A DNA stretch of 64,000 nt. It comes from a bacterium (GTDB taxonomy: Bacteria; SAR324; NAC60-12). The notes beneath the pieces were generated by a model, which was given only the letters and a program-made list of their open reading frames with translations, was not told where the DNA came from and made no database searches. The stretch covers positions 192,001 to 256,000 of the forward strand of contig CBDBHR010000030.1 in assembly GCA_965205865.1 (NCBI GenBank), given 5' to 3'. Numbering within the stretch: the stretch's first letter is position 1; each line of letters opens with the position of its first letter. A program made the position numbers and the translations under genes. This document shows positions 39,750-51,027 of the stretch, piece after piece.

Positions 39750-41840
39750 ATGAAAACACATACCACCAGCTATACGCCAACTCATACCATCAGTGTAACC
39801 CACACGCTAGAAGAGCCACGGGCAACCAAAAGCGTCAATTCACGGGCCCAACTGGCAGAGTACGTGTCGCGAGGTTTCATTTTGCTGACACCCGAGGAGC
39901 TGGGTGTGGACGCCAGCATTCACCCGCGAATCCACCAGCAAACAACGAAAGCGCTGAATGCACTGGAGCAGCAGCGCGCAAAGAGACAAGAAACTATGCC
40001 GTCCGGTGCCGTACGTGTGGCTCCACGAGAGCAGGTGGGCAGGGGACTCCATCCTGGAGTTTCTCAAGCGCGGGCGGAGTAAAAACCGCCACGCTGACCG
40101 GTGCTGCGGAGGAGGAATCGGTAACAGAAAAGGCGATCTTTGCTGCCAACCTTGCTGCGGAAGTGCCAGAGCTGTCCGAGATTTTTGCCTCACCAGGGCT
40201 CACCGTAGTAGTGGAAGGCATCCTTGGCCCAGGTTGGGCGATCGTGCCCTTTGGAAGCAACGTGATCTCGGCCGGCTCCTATGATCAGCACTGGCACAAG
40301 GACGACCTACTTCCATGGAATGCGCGAAAACCAGGCCTCCGTCACCATCACCTCGAAACCGTTGACATGTTCTACTACCCGCAGGAGGTCCCAGAGACTA
40401 TGGCACCGACGGCGATCGTGCCACACTCACAATACTGGACCTTCGACCACGATGAGAACAACGACAACATCTGCCTTGAAATGCTGGACTACAACTTTGT
40501 GCGAGAGAAAATGGGCGCAAATCCTGACCTCGCAGAGCGGGACCGACGCTTCGACAGTGCCGTTGCAGGCACTCAGTGGCCACTTGTCCGCCAGGTCAAG
40601 CTGTGCGTACCAGCAGGCTCCATTGTGCTAATGAACCCAAACTGCTTCCACCGAGGGCAGCGGCGCAGTGATGACCCATCACTCTGGGTTGAGAACCCTC
40701 GCTATATGTGGCGATTTTGGATGTACCGGACGGTGGAACCACCGCAGGCGCCATCGAGCGATCCGTCTCCGTCAGAGAATGAGAATGCCTGCATGCGGCT
40801 GTTACCTGCAGTGGACCAGCTTACCGGCATACCTCTGCACTCTCCGGAAGCGGCGGCGGTGTGGGAGCCTATCTTCGCGTGGGCTACCGGCACGGCACAG
40901 CCAAGCGTTGCAACGCCCCAGCCCACCGAGGAGCTTGAGAAGATGTTGTACCTCCGCGGAGACGAGAATGAGCCGCAGCGAGTTGCCGCCGCCTACCACC
41001 TGGCAAAGGCAACACAGGGAGTCGAGGTGCTGAGGCGGGCCTTCGTGGACGACCGCGAGAGTGTGCGACGCGCGGCCACCCACGGCATCGTCGCCGCAGG
41101 CGCCGATGCTGCGTGCGAGGTTGCGTTGGACGTAGCCCTGTCGCCTTCGACCCACAAATGGGCGAGGAAGAATGCAGCGTGGGCCCTCGGCGAGACAGCC
41201 CCCGCAGAGCCTGAGGTTGTGGACGCCCTCCGGGAGCTGCTCAAGCGCGAGCATTCGGTCCACGTTCGCGCTACCTGCGCAGCGTCACTCGGTCTTGTCG
41301 GACGGCGCGCCTTACGCGACGGCAGGTTCGAGGTAGCGGCTAGGGTGGTTTCGGCACTACTCGAATGCCTCGAAAGAGAGGAGAACCGACCGTGCCAGGC
41401 CATCGCTCAGAATCGAGGAATATACGACATTCGGCCGACGGATGAGTCAGACATGTGTGAAGGCAGCGGCGCTACCGCCCGGCGAGCTTTCGCAAGCTGT
41501 GGTCCGGCCTGACGGCAAACCACGCTTCGCACAAGTGCGTTCGGCGGTTCGCGAGAATGCGCTGTGGGCGGCCGTGACGTTAGCAACGCAACAAGGCTCC
41601 GGCAACACTCGTCTGTCCAGCGCATCTATCGAGGAGTTGCGCCGTGGAATGTTGCGCGTGATCGCAACCGACGACAACATTGTGTGCTTCGGCTTCGCTT
41701 TGGATGCGTTTTGCCGACTCTCGGCCGCGCAAGGAGGCGAGGCGATTGTGGAAGCGCGACAGCTGGTTGCCTCTGAGCCAGTGGTGTGCGTAGCCAGTAT
41801 ATGGCAAGCGCAGCGGCTTACCGATGGGCTACTGACGTGA
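39750..41840 (+). pseudogene. Phytanoyl-CoA dioxygenase-like (2OG-Fe) plus HEAT-repeat protein, two frameshifts, GC-rich
   Basis: [39 protein letters not shown], followed by HEAT-like repeats (ESVRRAATHG, ARKNAAWALG, VRATCAASLG). Frameshifts near 40080 and 41470. Start uncertain. Confidence 0.72.
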
Positions 41841-42224
41841 GTACCGGTGAAATGCCTCATGGTGAGGTGGTTTCTCTCGGCATAAGCGGTGATTCTCCTG
41901 CCAACAAACCGCGAGACAGCTTTTTTCCTGATCCGGATCTAATTGTGACTGAGCACTCACATGAACCAAGTGGAATTTTCATCGCCCTGCGGGACATGTT
42001 CTCTGAACAGAGGCTTGTTGATGCAGAAAAAAATGGTTAGAGTAGCAGACAGGCATGCGCCTTCTTCCAAGGGGCTGAAGTTCGCCCCTTTTTTGTTCTC
42101 AATTGCGCTGAAACTCACCCCATCCAAACCGGGCGAGCCTTGTTGGGGTCTCATTCAAACGGAAGCATTAATATCTTTTTTCTCCAAGAACCATCCCTGA
42201 AAAAACAGTGCTGAATAAAGGCAA

Positions 42225-42491
42225 TCAGGACGAGCGGTTGGGAACAACAGGCGTATTGACCTTTAATGCGGATTGACCTTTGTTATTGTAAAGAATTTCA
42301 ATCTCCAGACTGGTTCGATTGATCGTGAAATATCGGGAAATCACTCGATAGAGATCACCTTTCAATTTATTGAGATCATTCTCCGAAAGGCCGGTTCGTT
42401 CTCGGGTCAACACCAGTTGCAGACGGTTTTTGGCAGTTTGCGCGCTTTTCCCCCTGGTCTGGCCAAACATTTTTTTCAACTTTGTAAACAT
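42225..42491 (-). CDS. minE: Cell division topological specificity factor
   Basis: SAQTAKNRLQLVLTRER, VISRYF, downstream of minD. Confidence 0.92.
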   Translation of the reverse strand: MFTKLKKMFGQTRGKSAQTAKNRLQLVLTRERTGLSENDLNKLKGDLYRVISRYFTINRTSLEIEILYNNKGQSALKVNTPVVPNRSS

Positions 42492-42493
42492 AA

Positions 42494-43276
42494 TTATCCC
42501 CTTCCAAGAATCCTGGCGATAATGCCTTTTTTTTGTTCAACTTCAGGAATTTCCACGCGTTCTCCCAGCAATCGCTGGGCAATCCTCTGATAGGCCCGCC
42601 CTGCGGGGGATTTGTTATCCAGGGCAACTGGAATTCCCTGGCCACCGGAAGTTATTATCTTAGGATCTTCCACAATCAATCCTAACAAGTCGATGGCGAG
42701 AATATCCACCACGTCTTCCTTGCTCATCATCTCTCCGTTTGCCACCATATTTACTACAAGTCGGTTGATCAGCAAAGATGCGGGGATATCATGATTTTGC
42801 AGCAAGCCGATGACCCGGTCGGCATCACGCACCGGAGAGACTTCCGGGGTGGTCACCACAATTGCATGATCTGCGCCAGCCAACGCATTTTTGAAACCCT
42901 GCTCAATGCCGGCAGGGCAATCAATTAACACAAAATCGAAATCTTTTTTGAGTTCTTGACACAGATTTTTCATTTCTTCGGGGGAAACAGCCGATTTGTC
43001 ATCGACTTGAGAGGCAGGCATGAGAAATAGTTTATGGTTTCTTTTATCCCGGATGAGGGCCTGTTTGATCTTGCAGCGATTTTTTACCACATCGACCAAA
43101 TTATAAACAATCCGGTTTTCCAAACCCATGATAAAATCTAAATTCCGCAAGCCGATGTCTCCATCCACAGCCACTACTTTTTTGCCAAAGTCTGCTAAAG
43201 CAGTGCTGAGATTTGCCGTACTTGTGGTTTTGCCAACTCCTCCTTTCCCTGAGGTAATAACGATTGCTTCTCCCAT
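42494..43276 (-). CDS. minD: Septum site-determining ATPase
   Basis: SGKGGVGKTT, DIGLRNLD, DCPAGIEQGF, C-terminal amphipathic helix. Confidence 0.97.
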   Translation of the reverse strand: MGEAIVITSGKGGVGKTTSTANLSTALADFGKKVVAVDGDIGLRNLDFIMGLENRIVYNLVDVVKNRCKIKQALIRDKRNHKLFLMPASQVDDKSAVSPEEMKNLCQELKKDFDFVLIDCPAGIEQGFKNALAGADHAIVVTTPEVSPVRDADRVIGLLQNHDIPASLLINRLVVNMVANGEMMSKEDVVDILAIDLLGLIVEDPKIITSGGQGIPVALDNKSPAGRAYQRIAQRLLGERVEIPEVEQKKGIIARILGRG

Positions 43277-43402
43277 AATATCATCCCTAATATTCTGACA
43301 ATTCCACAGGCAGAAACGTATGCCCGGGATTAAGATGCCTTCTATAAGTTTTTAAATAGCGACACTCATTGAAAGGTGAAAAAAATAATTATTTCATAAA
43401 GA

Positions 43403-44326
43403 TCATAAACGAATTTTTTGACAAATTTCAATAATAATTGATTCTCCTTCAATAAAAGCTATTTCTGATTCAAAGCGTTGTGATCGTTTGTCTTCTTTTG
43501 AAGGTTGAGTGATCAGTTCTGCAATACGCAATTGTGTGGGCTGCATCCGCAGGGCAAAAACAAGGGCTTTCCGATTTCCGGAAGCACCCGCGTGCACCGT
43601 CCCACGAAGGGTTCCCAAGACAACCACGTCATGATCCGAAACGATCTCGGCGCCTGCATTCAAGTCTCCCATCAAAATTACGCCGCTTTGAGAACGAAAT
43701 GCCTGTCCGGAATGCATTGTTTGACGAACTATCAATGCATCTGTCGTTTTAAATCCTTTGATGGGAAACAAGGAATCAGGTGTGGATTCGAAGGATGTTT
43801 TCTTTCGTTCTTCTTCCGCAGTTTTTTCCGAATAATCAGGGGGCAAAGATCCTTTTGCTGTCAATGAAGAATAGGGCATTTCTCTCTTTTTCATGGGTAG
43901 TTGGGCTTGTAGAGATTCAGAGACCCCATCCATACTCTTCAGCAATTCGTTGTCAGACTGTGGAGGGGAAAACCAGGCTGTTTCCCGATTTCTTTCGAGA
44001 GAAGAAGATGGGTCTGCAAACAATTCCGTCGAATTGGATGCGCTTTCCTGAGAACGGATCATCTTTTTGGCAGTTTCACTGACTAGATGAAGATCGCCTT
44101 CGCGTTTCAAAATACGCTGTAGGCGAGAAAACTCATCGGGATTTAAGCGGCGGCCGTCGCTTTGAAGAAATATTTCCGCCCCCTTGAAAAACTGTCTCGA
44201 GTTGAGGCGCTGTAGCAACTTCTTTAATTCTTCCTCCAATTGATCAAATGCAGCCATTCCATCAAGAAGAAGCCCTAATTTCCCTCCAAAACCTTTGATT
44301 TCCACCAACGGCTTTTCAAATTTCAT
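43403..44326 (-). CDS. minC: Septum site-determining protein with long linker
   Basis: HSGQ, GDLNAGAEI, LGTLRGTVHAGASGN, PTQLRIA. Confidence 0.9.
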   Translation of the reverse strand: MKFEKPLVEIKGFGGKLGLLLDGMAAFDQLEEELKKLLQRLNSRQFFKGAEIFLQSDGRRLNPDEFSRLQRILKREGDLHLVSETAKKMIRSQESASNSTELFADPSSSLERNRETAWFSPPQSDNELLKSMDGVSESLQAQLPMKKREMPYSSLTAKGSLPPDYSEKTAEEERKKTSFESTPDSLFPIKGFKTTDALIVRQTMHSGQAFRSQSGVILMGDLNAGAEIVSDHDVVVLGTLRGTVHAGASGNRKALVFALRMQPTQLRIAELITQPSKEDKRSQRFESEIAFIEGESIIIEICQKIRL

Positions 44327-44448
44327 AGTGGCTTAGCAATGGAGATGGCCTGCAGACAAATGCTAATATAAACGGGGAATATGCCATTTTATACACAATC
44401 TCTTGAAAAGAAACAACAATATTTTATGAATATAGTGGGGTTTCTCCG

Positions 44449-46131
44449 TTACAAAATGTTGGCAGCCAATTCTGCCAACTGAGAACGCTCTCCTCGTTTG
44501 AGTGTCACATGACCAGCCATTTCTTGTTTTCGAAACTTTTCAACAAGGTAGCTCAAGCCGTTGGAGGCTTTGTTGACGTAGGGATTGTCGATTTGATCCG
44601 GGTCGCCCGTCAAGACCATCTTGGTACCTTCTCCCACACGAGTAATGATCGTTTTTATCTCGTGAGGTGTCAGATTTTGCGCTTCGTCGACAATCATATA
44701 TTGATGAGGAATACTTCTTCCTCGAATATATGTGAGCGGTTCTATGATGAGCAAGCCTTGTTCAATTAACTCCTCATGGCCTGTTGAGGCAGGAGGCGCA
44801 TTTTTTGACACGCCCCCTAGCAGCAATTCCAAGTTGTCGAAGATAGGCTGCATCCAGGGAGCCAATTTTTCTTGAACGTCACCCGGCAAATAGCGGGAAT
44901 AAAGCCAAATTCCGGCCCATGGGAAAGATAGGGCGGGAAACCAGTAGACGGGAATATTGATTTTCAAGCAACATCATTTGCAACCCTGAGGCAAGCGCCA
45001 TCAATGTTTTTCCAGTGCTCGCTCGCTGTGAAAAACGGCACCGACACCAAGACCCGCTTCCTGCGTCTTGACTACCTCGAAGCAAAGGTACACTTGATCC
45101 TGCAATTACGATAGGGATTGCAGGGTTGAGTAGTAAATCGAAAGCGAGATGCTGCTCGGCGTTGCGGGGTAAAATTCCCCAAATCCCTTTTTTGTAGGCA
45201 ATTCCAAGTTGTCGAAGATAGGCTGCATCCAGGGAGCCAATTTTTCTTGAACATCACCCGGCAAATAGCCCAAATTCCGGCCCATGGGAAAGATAGGGCG
45301 GGAAACCAGTAGACGGGAATATTGATTTTCAAGCAACATCATTTGCAACCCTGAGGCAAGCGCCATCAATGTTTTTCCGGTACCCGCCTTGCCCACCAAA
45401 GTCACGATAGGGATTGCAGGGTTGAGTAGTAAATCGAAAGCGAGATGCTGCTCGGCGTTGCGGGGTAAAATTCCCCAAATCCCTTTTTTGTGGACTGCTT
45501 TGAAAAAACACTGTTTTTTATCATCAAAGACGGCCAATTCATAATCATCCGCATCTTCCTCATTGACCAGAAGCAAACCTTCGTGTGGAGCAAATTCCTC
45601 TTCAAATTGAAAAGTATCCTGTTTTCGATATTTTTCCAGCTCAACTGAAGGGAGAAAGTGGTACTGAATACCAGTGTAGAACCCTGGGCTTTCCTGCTTT
45701 TCCTGGTAGGACGTCACCTGTATCCCAAAGGCATTTCCTTTGACGCGCAAGTGGGCGTCCAGAGTCACTATAATCGGCTCCATTCCAGCCTTTTTCAGTT
45801 GCAAAGCGACACCGAGCACCCGGTTGGAGGATTTCTTCCAATCCAGTGAGCCCTCGTTCTCTTCGGGTGGTACGGAAAAGTCAATACGGAGGCATGCTTT
45901 GTTGGCAAGGAGGATACCTTCGGAAAAGTTGCCATGTTCCCGATAGACGTCCAGCATTTTTGAGAGCACTCGGGCGCTGTTTCCGGTTTCGCTCAAAGTT
46001 CCTTTGAATTGGTCGATTTCTTCAATCACGTCAATGGGAATCACAATTTCCGCATGCGGGTATGCATTAAGGATTTCGGGATCATAGAGCAAAACGCTGG
46101 TATCAAGGACGTAGTTGGTTGCTGATGCCAT
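44449..46131 (-). pseudogene. PIN-PhoH (PhoH2/YlaK-like) protein disrupted by an internal ~300 bp duplication
   Basis: YVLDTSVLL PIN start, GKAGTGKT, GYLPG, YIRGRS, DEAQN, GDPDQID. 45198-45491 is duplicated at 44823-45195. Confidence 0.85.
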
Positions 46132-46463
46132 TTTACACTGGTCTGAAGGAACGAGCAGGTAATCAATCTTAATCCTTGTCTATAAAAACTTCTTTGGAAT
46201 TTCAAGTTAAAATAATATCCGTCAAACTGCTCGCCTGCTTGTCACAGACAAGGAAGTAGCTACCAGGTTTTATCCCTTCGGGTTTAATTCCCCTCTGCTT
46301 GCTGAAGGGATTTATTTATTTGCGTTGCGGAATTCTCACGGAAATTGCGATTGGCAAACGCTTGCGTGTTTGCTATATTGCGGTGATGCGCAAGACCAAT
46401 GAAAGCACGACGTGTCGTAACCAAGTGAAACATTTGCTCAACATGCATAGTGAGCTTAGAAAA

Positions 46464-47546
46464 ATGAATGAAACATCTCATCAACAATCCGAGCAGCGAC
46501 AAGAAAACTGGCTTCGATGGATTGCTCTATTTTTAGGAGGATTGCTGCTGGTGACGGTTTGTCTGGTTTTGGAAACCTTGCAAACGATCTTGATTCCTTT
46601 TTTTATCGCGCTTTTCCTCGTCTACTTAGTCGAGCCTCTGCAGAAAGTACTGGTCGGTCTGAAGCTTCCCCGTAGTGCCCGGATTGCCGTGATTTTATTG
46701 TGTACCGCATTGCTGCTCTACTTGGTAGGGTTGCTGGTTTATTCAAGTGTCAAGTCCCTCAGTCTTAGTCTCCCTCTGTATGAAGAGCGGGTCGTGGGGC
46801 TCCTCGGTCAGATGGTCTATGTCCTCCCCTTTCCTTCGGAAGAAGTAGAATCCTTTATCCGGAATTTTCGCTGGGAAGAACATTTCAAACCCGGCGCCGT
46901 TGCGCAAATCATTGGTAAGAGTTTTGGAAAATTCGGCGGTTTTTTGGGGAACCTCTTACTGGTTTTGCTCTACATGGTCTATTTGCTGTTTGAAAGGGAA
47001 TCGTTTTTCAAACGAGTGCGCAACAGCTTTGAAGAGGAAAAAGCCCAGCGAATAGCCCTCGTTGTCAAACAGATCAACAAGCAAATCGCCAACTACCTGG
47101 AAGTCAAAACATTGCTTTCCTTTTTGACGGCAACTATTGTCACTGTCGTTTTATGGTTTTTCGACATCGATTTTGCGATCTTTTGGGGCATATTGACATT
47201 TTTATTCAATTTCATCCCCGCAATCGGCTCTGTGATTGCCACACTACCACCGGTCGTCATTGCTTTTTTACAATTTGACAATCTTTGGATTCCACTCGTC
47301 ATTCTCCTGTTGCTGATTCTCGTTCAAGTGACGATTGGAAATGTGGTTGAACCGAAAGTGATGGGGGAAAGACTGGGTTTGAGCCCTTTAGTTGTGGTTC
47401 TTTCTCTTATCTTTTGGGGATGGCTGTGGGGTCCGGTGGGGATGATCCTCGCGGTTCCCATTGTGTCGGGTTTGCGAATTATTTGTGAAAATATTGAGAC
47501 TTTGAGACCCGTCAGCCGTTTCCTTGCAGAAAAATTTGAGCAATGA
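46464..47546 (+). CDS. AI-2E family transporter
   Basis: Polytopic membrane protein with LFNFIPAIGS, EPKVMG, LSPLVV, WGWLWGPVGMILAVP. Confidence 0.92.
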   Translation: MNETSHQQSEQRQENWLRWIALFLGGLLLVTVCLVLETLQTILIPFFIALFLVYLVEPLQKVLVGLKLPRSARIAVILLCTALLLYLVGLLVYSSVKSLSLSLPLYEERVVGLLGQMVYVLPFPSEEVESFIRNFRWEEHFKPGAVAQIIGKSFGKFGGFLGNLLLVLLYMVYLLFERESFFKRVRNSFEEEKAQRIALVVKQINKQIANYLEVKTLLSFLTATIVTVVLWFFDIDFAIFWGILTFLFNFIPAIGSVIATLPPVVIAFLQFDNLWIPLVILLLLILVQVTIGNVVEPKVMGERLGLSPLVVVLSLIFWGWLWGPVGMILAVPIVSGLRIICENIETLRPVSRFLAEKFEQ

Positions 47547-47556
47547 AAGAAAAAAT

Positions 47557-48943
47557 ATGAGTCCTGCCATTCCGGGAAAACCAACAGGAATTCGCCAGGT
47601 TATTTTGTCCGCTTCCAATCCTGATGCGTTGGTGACCAAATGTCAATCAACTCTGACTGATCTCGAATCCGCAGACCCTGAACCCCACTACCAAACGCTG
47701 CTTGAAGACAGTGTCAAACCTGTCTCCTGAGGATTTTGCGAGAATGGGATTCGTAAGCGAGTCGGTGGCAGAAGCAGCAATGCTCCTGCAAAGTGGTCTC
47801 CGGAATTTGGAGAAAAAACGGGAGGAGACTGCCTGGACGTTGCGCAAAGGCGTCCATTATCGTCGTCAGGCTATGGATTCCCAAAGCAAGGTGGTGGCTT
47901 TGTTTCCCGGACAAGGCTCTCAATATGTAAGCATGTTAGAAGTACTGCACACCTCTTTCCCAACGATGGCTACCTGTTTTGAAACCATGGATACATTGTT
48001 TCAGAAAGAGGGATTGGAACCGCTTACCTCGATTGTGTTTCCCCCTCCTACAGAAGACAAATCCAAGAAAAAAGAGCAGGAAACACGCTTGACTTTGACA
48101 GAACACGCGCAGCCTGCCATAGGGGCGGCCAGTGTTGGCCTGTATAAAATCTTACAGGCAGCCGGTTTGAAGGCGCACGCTACAGTGGGGCACAGTTTTG
48201 GAGAGGTAACAGCTTTGTGGGCGGCTGGGGTTTTCAGTGATTCCGACTATTTTTATCTTGCAAAAGTCAGAGGAAAGGTTATGGCGGCACCGCAAACCTG
48301 CCCAAGTGATGATGCCAACTTTGATGCGGGAGCCATGCTGGCAGTCAAAGCGGATGCAGCCCTGGTTGAAGAAGAAGCCAAATTTTTATCGAGGACTATT
48401 GAAGCCGAAATTACGGTAGCCAATTTGAATTCGGACAAACAGGTCGTATTGGCGGGTTCCAAACAAGCGATTCTGAAAGCCTGCGAACTTTTGCGGGAAA
48501 AAGAATATTCGCCGGTACTGCTTCCGGTTTCTGCGGCATTCCACACTTCTTTCATGGAACATGCTCGCAAGCCTTTTGCCGAAGCTATGCGCAACGTTCA
48601 ATTTCATTCCCCCAAAATTCCCGTCTATTCAAATACGACTGGAACTCTATATCCAACGGACCCGCATGCGATCCGGTCAATTCTGGAGCAACACGTCATC
48701 AAGCCCGTTTTGTTCAAAACCGAAATTGAAAAAACCTACGAAAACGGCGGTCGAATTTATATCGAATTTGGTCCCAAAAACGTATTGACCGGTTTGGTTT
48801 CCAGCATCCTGGCAGAGCAAATTCACGCCACGGTCGCTTTGAATGCCAGTCCTAAAAAAAGCAGTATCCATCAGCTGCAAGACGGGTTGGTTCAACTACG
48901 CGTACTGGGCTTGGAAATCAGGATTTGCTCAAATCAGACCTGA
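47557..48943 (+). CDS. Standalone PfaA/PKS-type acyltransferase domain protein, apparent frameshift near 47715
   Basis: LFPGQGSQY, AQPAI, GHSFGE, AAFHT, EFGPK. The N-terminal linker (MSPAIPG...) is in a different frame. Confidence 0.75.
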
Positions 48944-49121
48944 TGACCTGCGCGAGGTCCTGTGATCCTCAATAAAACAAACGCAAAAATTGGCGCTGAG
49001 CCTTGTTCCACTTCCCTTGATTTTTCTCGGGTTTTTCTGGAAAATATAGTAAATGAAGGGCTGAAGACCTTTATGCTGTTTCCAGTCAGCAGACAATTGA
49101 ACCACTATAAAGGAGAAAGCG

Positions 49122-49916
49122 ATGCATACCCCGGAACAAGTCAGAGAATTGTTGGAAATTATTGAAATAGAGGATGATAAAATCGACATTTTGTTGAAGG
49201 AGCAAAGCTTGGAGCAAGCTCATACTACCATTGATATCGACCTGTTAGTAATTTATTACAATTTTTTTCAGTACGAGGAAACCTGGGAGCATATCTCGCA
49301 GGTACTCGAAGGTTCCATTGCAGGATGGATCCGGTTTATCGAGAATCAACATGTTGGCAGTCCTGTCCATAAAAAGGGCATTCAAACCTTGATCAAACGT
49401 GTTTTTGTCCATATCAATCCCTGGTTCAAGTATGAAAAAGCATGGAAGGAATTGTTTCGGCATTGTGAAGTATCTGCTTTAGATGCCAACCAATTCAAGG
49501 ATTGGCTCATTGATCAGCTCTTTGAAGATCCTCCCCCGACCCTGGAAGCTTCGAGAATTCTTGTCGATTATGCCAGTCAGCCCAAATTAGGCCGTCCTTC
49601 AGAAACCCGCAGGTGTTTAACAGACGAGGAATTTCAGCATGTTTGTGAGTTGGAAGATTCGATCCTTCATCTCAAACACACCCTGGATAGTTGGCATGAA
49701 ACGGATACAACGGGCAAAATGGAGCGCTATGCTCCGGTATTGGAGAAGATTGCCGAATTTGCGGCAGATTTGGACAATGTGCGCTACGTGTGGGATTTTA
49801 TTAAAAAATATGAAGACAAATTCAAAGTGCGGGAGGAGGAAGTCAAACTGCTGATCCGGCGCACTGCTTTCAAAGAGTATAAGTTACCCACGGTGGTCAA
49901 TCCCATGTTTTTTTAG
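49122..49916 (+). CDS. Hypothetical acidic helical protein
   Basis: 264-aa ORF with SD AAGGAG. Confidence 0.75.
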   Translation: MHTPEQVRELLEIIEIEDDKIDILLKEQSLEQAHTTIDIDLLVIYYNFFQYEETWEHISQVLEGSIAGWIRFIENQHVGSPVHKKGIQTLIKRVFVHINPWFKYEKAWKELFRHCEVSALDANQFKDWLIDQLFEDPPPTLEASRILVDYASQPKLGRPSETRRCLTDEEFQHVCELEDSILHLKHTLDSWHETDTTGKMERYAPVLEKIAEFAADLDNVRYVWDFIKKYEDKFKVREEEVKLLIRRTAFKEYKLPTVVNPMFF

Positions 49917-51027
49917 CATTAAATGAGCGGAATTGACGAGTTACGCGAGCAAGGGCGATCAGCAAGATTTCCAGTTGTTGCCAGTACTCTTCCTTCAGCA
50001 TCTCTGATTTGCGATTACGGAGTAACAGGACGGAGCGTTCCAACTCCAACATTTTCGCCATCAGATTTCTTGCGATGTTGCCGTCCTCGTTTGTTAATTT
50101 GGCTGCCTGCGTAACGGGCAGGAATGTGGTCAAGGGATCAACGGTGGCTACTTGGGCTAATCCTCCGTCGTTTTCAGTGGGGTCCGGATCCGAATTGAAG
50201 AACCCGTCCCCATTGTCATCGAGCGTCGCATGTTCTGTGGACAATCTTTCCTGCTCCACATACCAGTTCTCTGCCCGTTTCCGTGCGTATTGAAAAGCTT
50301 CCCAGATGGAAAGACGCGTGTTTTTATCATAGTCACCAGCATGGTTGTTGAGTGCTTCGATAAAAAACTCGGCAAAAATAGTATCGTATTTTTCCGCACT
50401 GCTTCTGGTGGCGGAAATAACAATCCGTCCGGGGGAAGAAATTGCCATACTGAAAGGATAGCTGCTGTTGGTAGTGTTGATCACGATTATGTCCTGGCCG
50501 GAAAAGGCATTCAACCAGTCTGAGAATTCCTTGCCGGTGATATCGGGACCAACGATATTGAATTTAGCGACGGTTCCTCTTTTTCTGTCTGAGTCGCTGG
50601 TACCATGTCCCACCAGAAAGAAAAGAATTTGGTCTCCGGGTTGGACTTGATTGTGAAGTTCCCGCAAAGCGTCACGGATGGTTTCTTTTCGGCAAGGGCC
50701 GGAAATTCTCGGCTCCGAGCTATCTCCGTTTCCGAGGAGAGTAAAAATGTGATCGGCAGTATATCGATATTCCACGGTCAGGATGTCATGGAGTCTCAAA
50801 ATCCAATGCCGAAACTGCTCTTCATATTTTTTCTCCGCAGCGGCACCTCCAAGGAGGACTGCATATTTTTGTGTCGAAGGGGCGGCAAGAAAATAATCCC
50901 GTTGCTGAGCAAACCCGAGAATGCTTGCCGATAAAAAAAAGAAAAGCGCGCACGCCACCAGAAATCCGAAAGTTCGCATGAGTGCTGACAGGGGGGCTGG
51001 TGAATCATTGAATATCCAAATTTTCAT
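49897..51027 (-). CDS. Exported caspase/legumain (clan CD)-fold protein, probably lacking the catalytic Cys
   Basis: ILFFLVGHG, INTTNSS where a catalytic Cys is expected, RIVISAT, D-rich DYDKN and DDNGDG motifs. Confidence 0.6.
   Translation of the reverse strand: MKIWIFNDSPAPLSALMRTFGFLVACALFFFLSASILGFAQQRDYFLAAPSTQKYAVLLGGAAAEKKYEEQFRHWILRLHDILTVEYRYTADHIFTLLGNGDSSEPRISGPCRKETIRDALRELHNQVQPGDQILFFLVGHGTSDSDRKRGTVAKFNIVGPDITGKEFSDWLNAFSGQDIIVINTTNSSYPFSMAISSPGRIVISATRSSAEKYDTIFAEFFIEALNNHAGDYDKNTRLSIWEAFQYARKRAENWYVEQERLSTEHATLDDNGDGFFNSDPDPTENDGGLAQVATVDPLTTFLPVTQAAKLTNEDGNIARNLMAKMLELERSVLLLRNRKSEMLKEEYWQQLEILLIALARVTRQFRSFNAKKTWD

Noticed and set aside
42085-42154. GSPGLDGVSFSAIE resembling a group II intron RT N-terminus
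   Set aside because: Only ~14 residues, with no further RT motifs or intron RNA domains nearby. Too weak to call.
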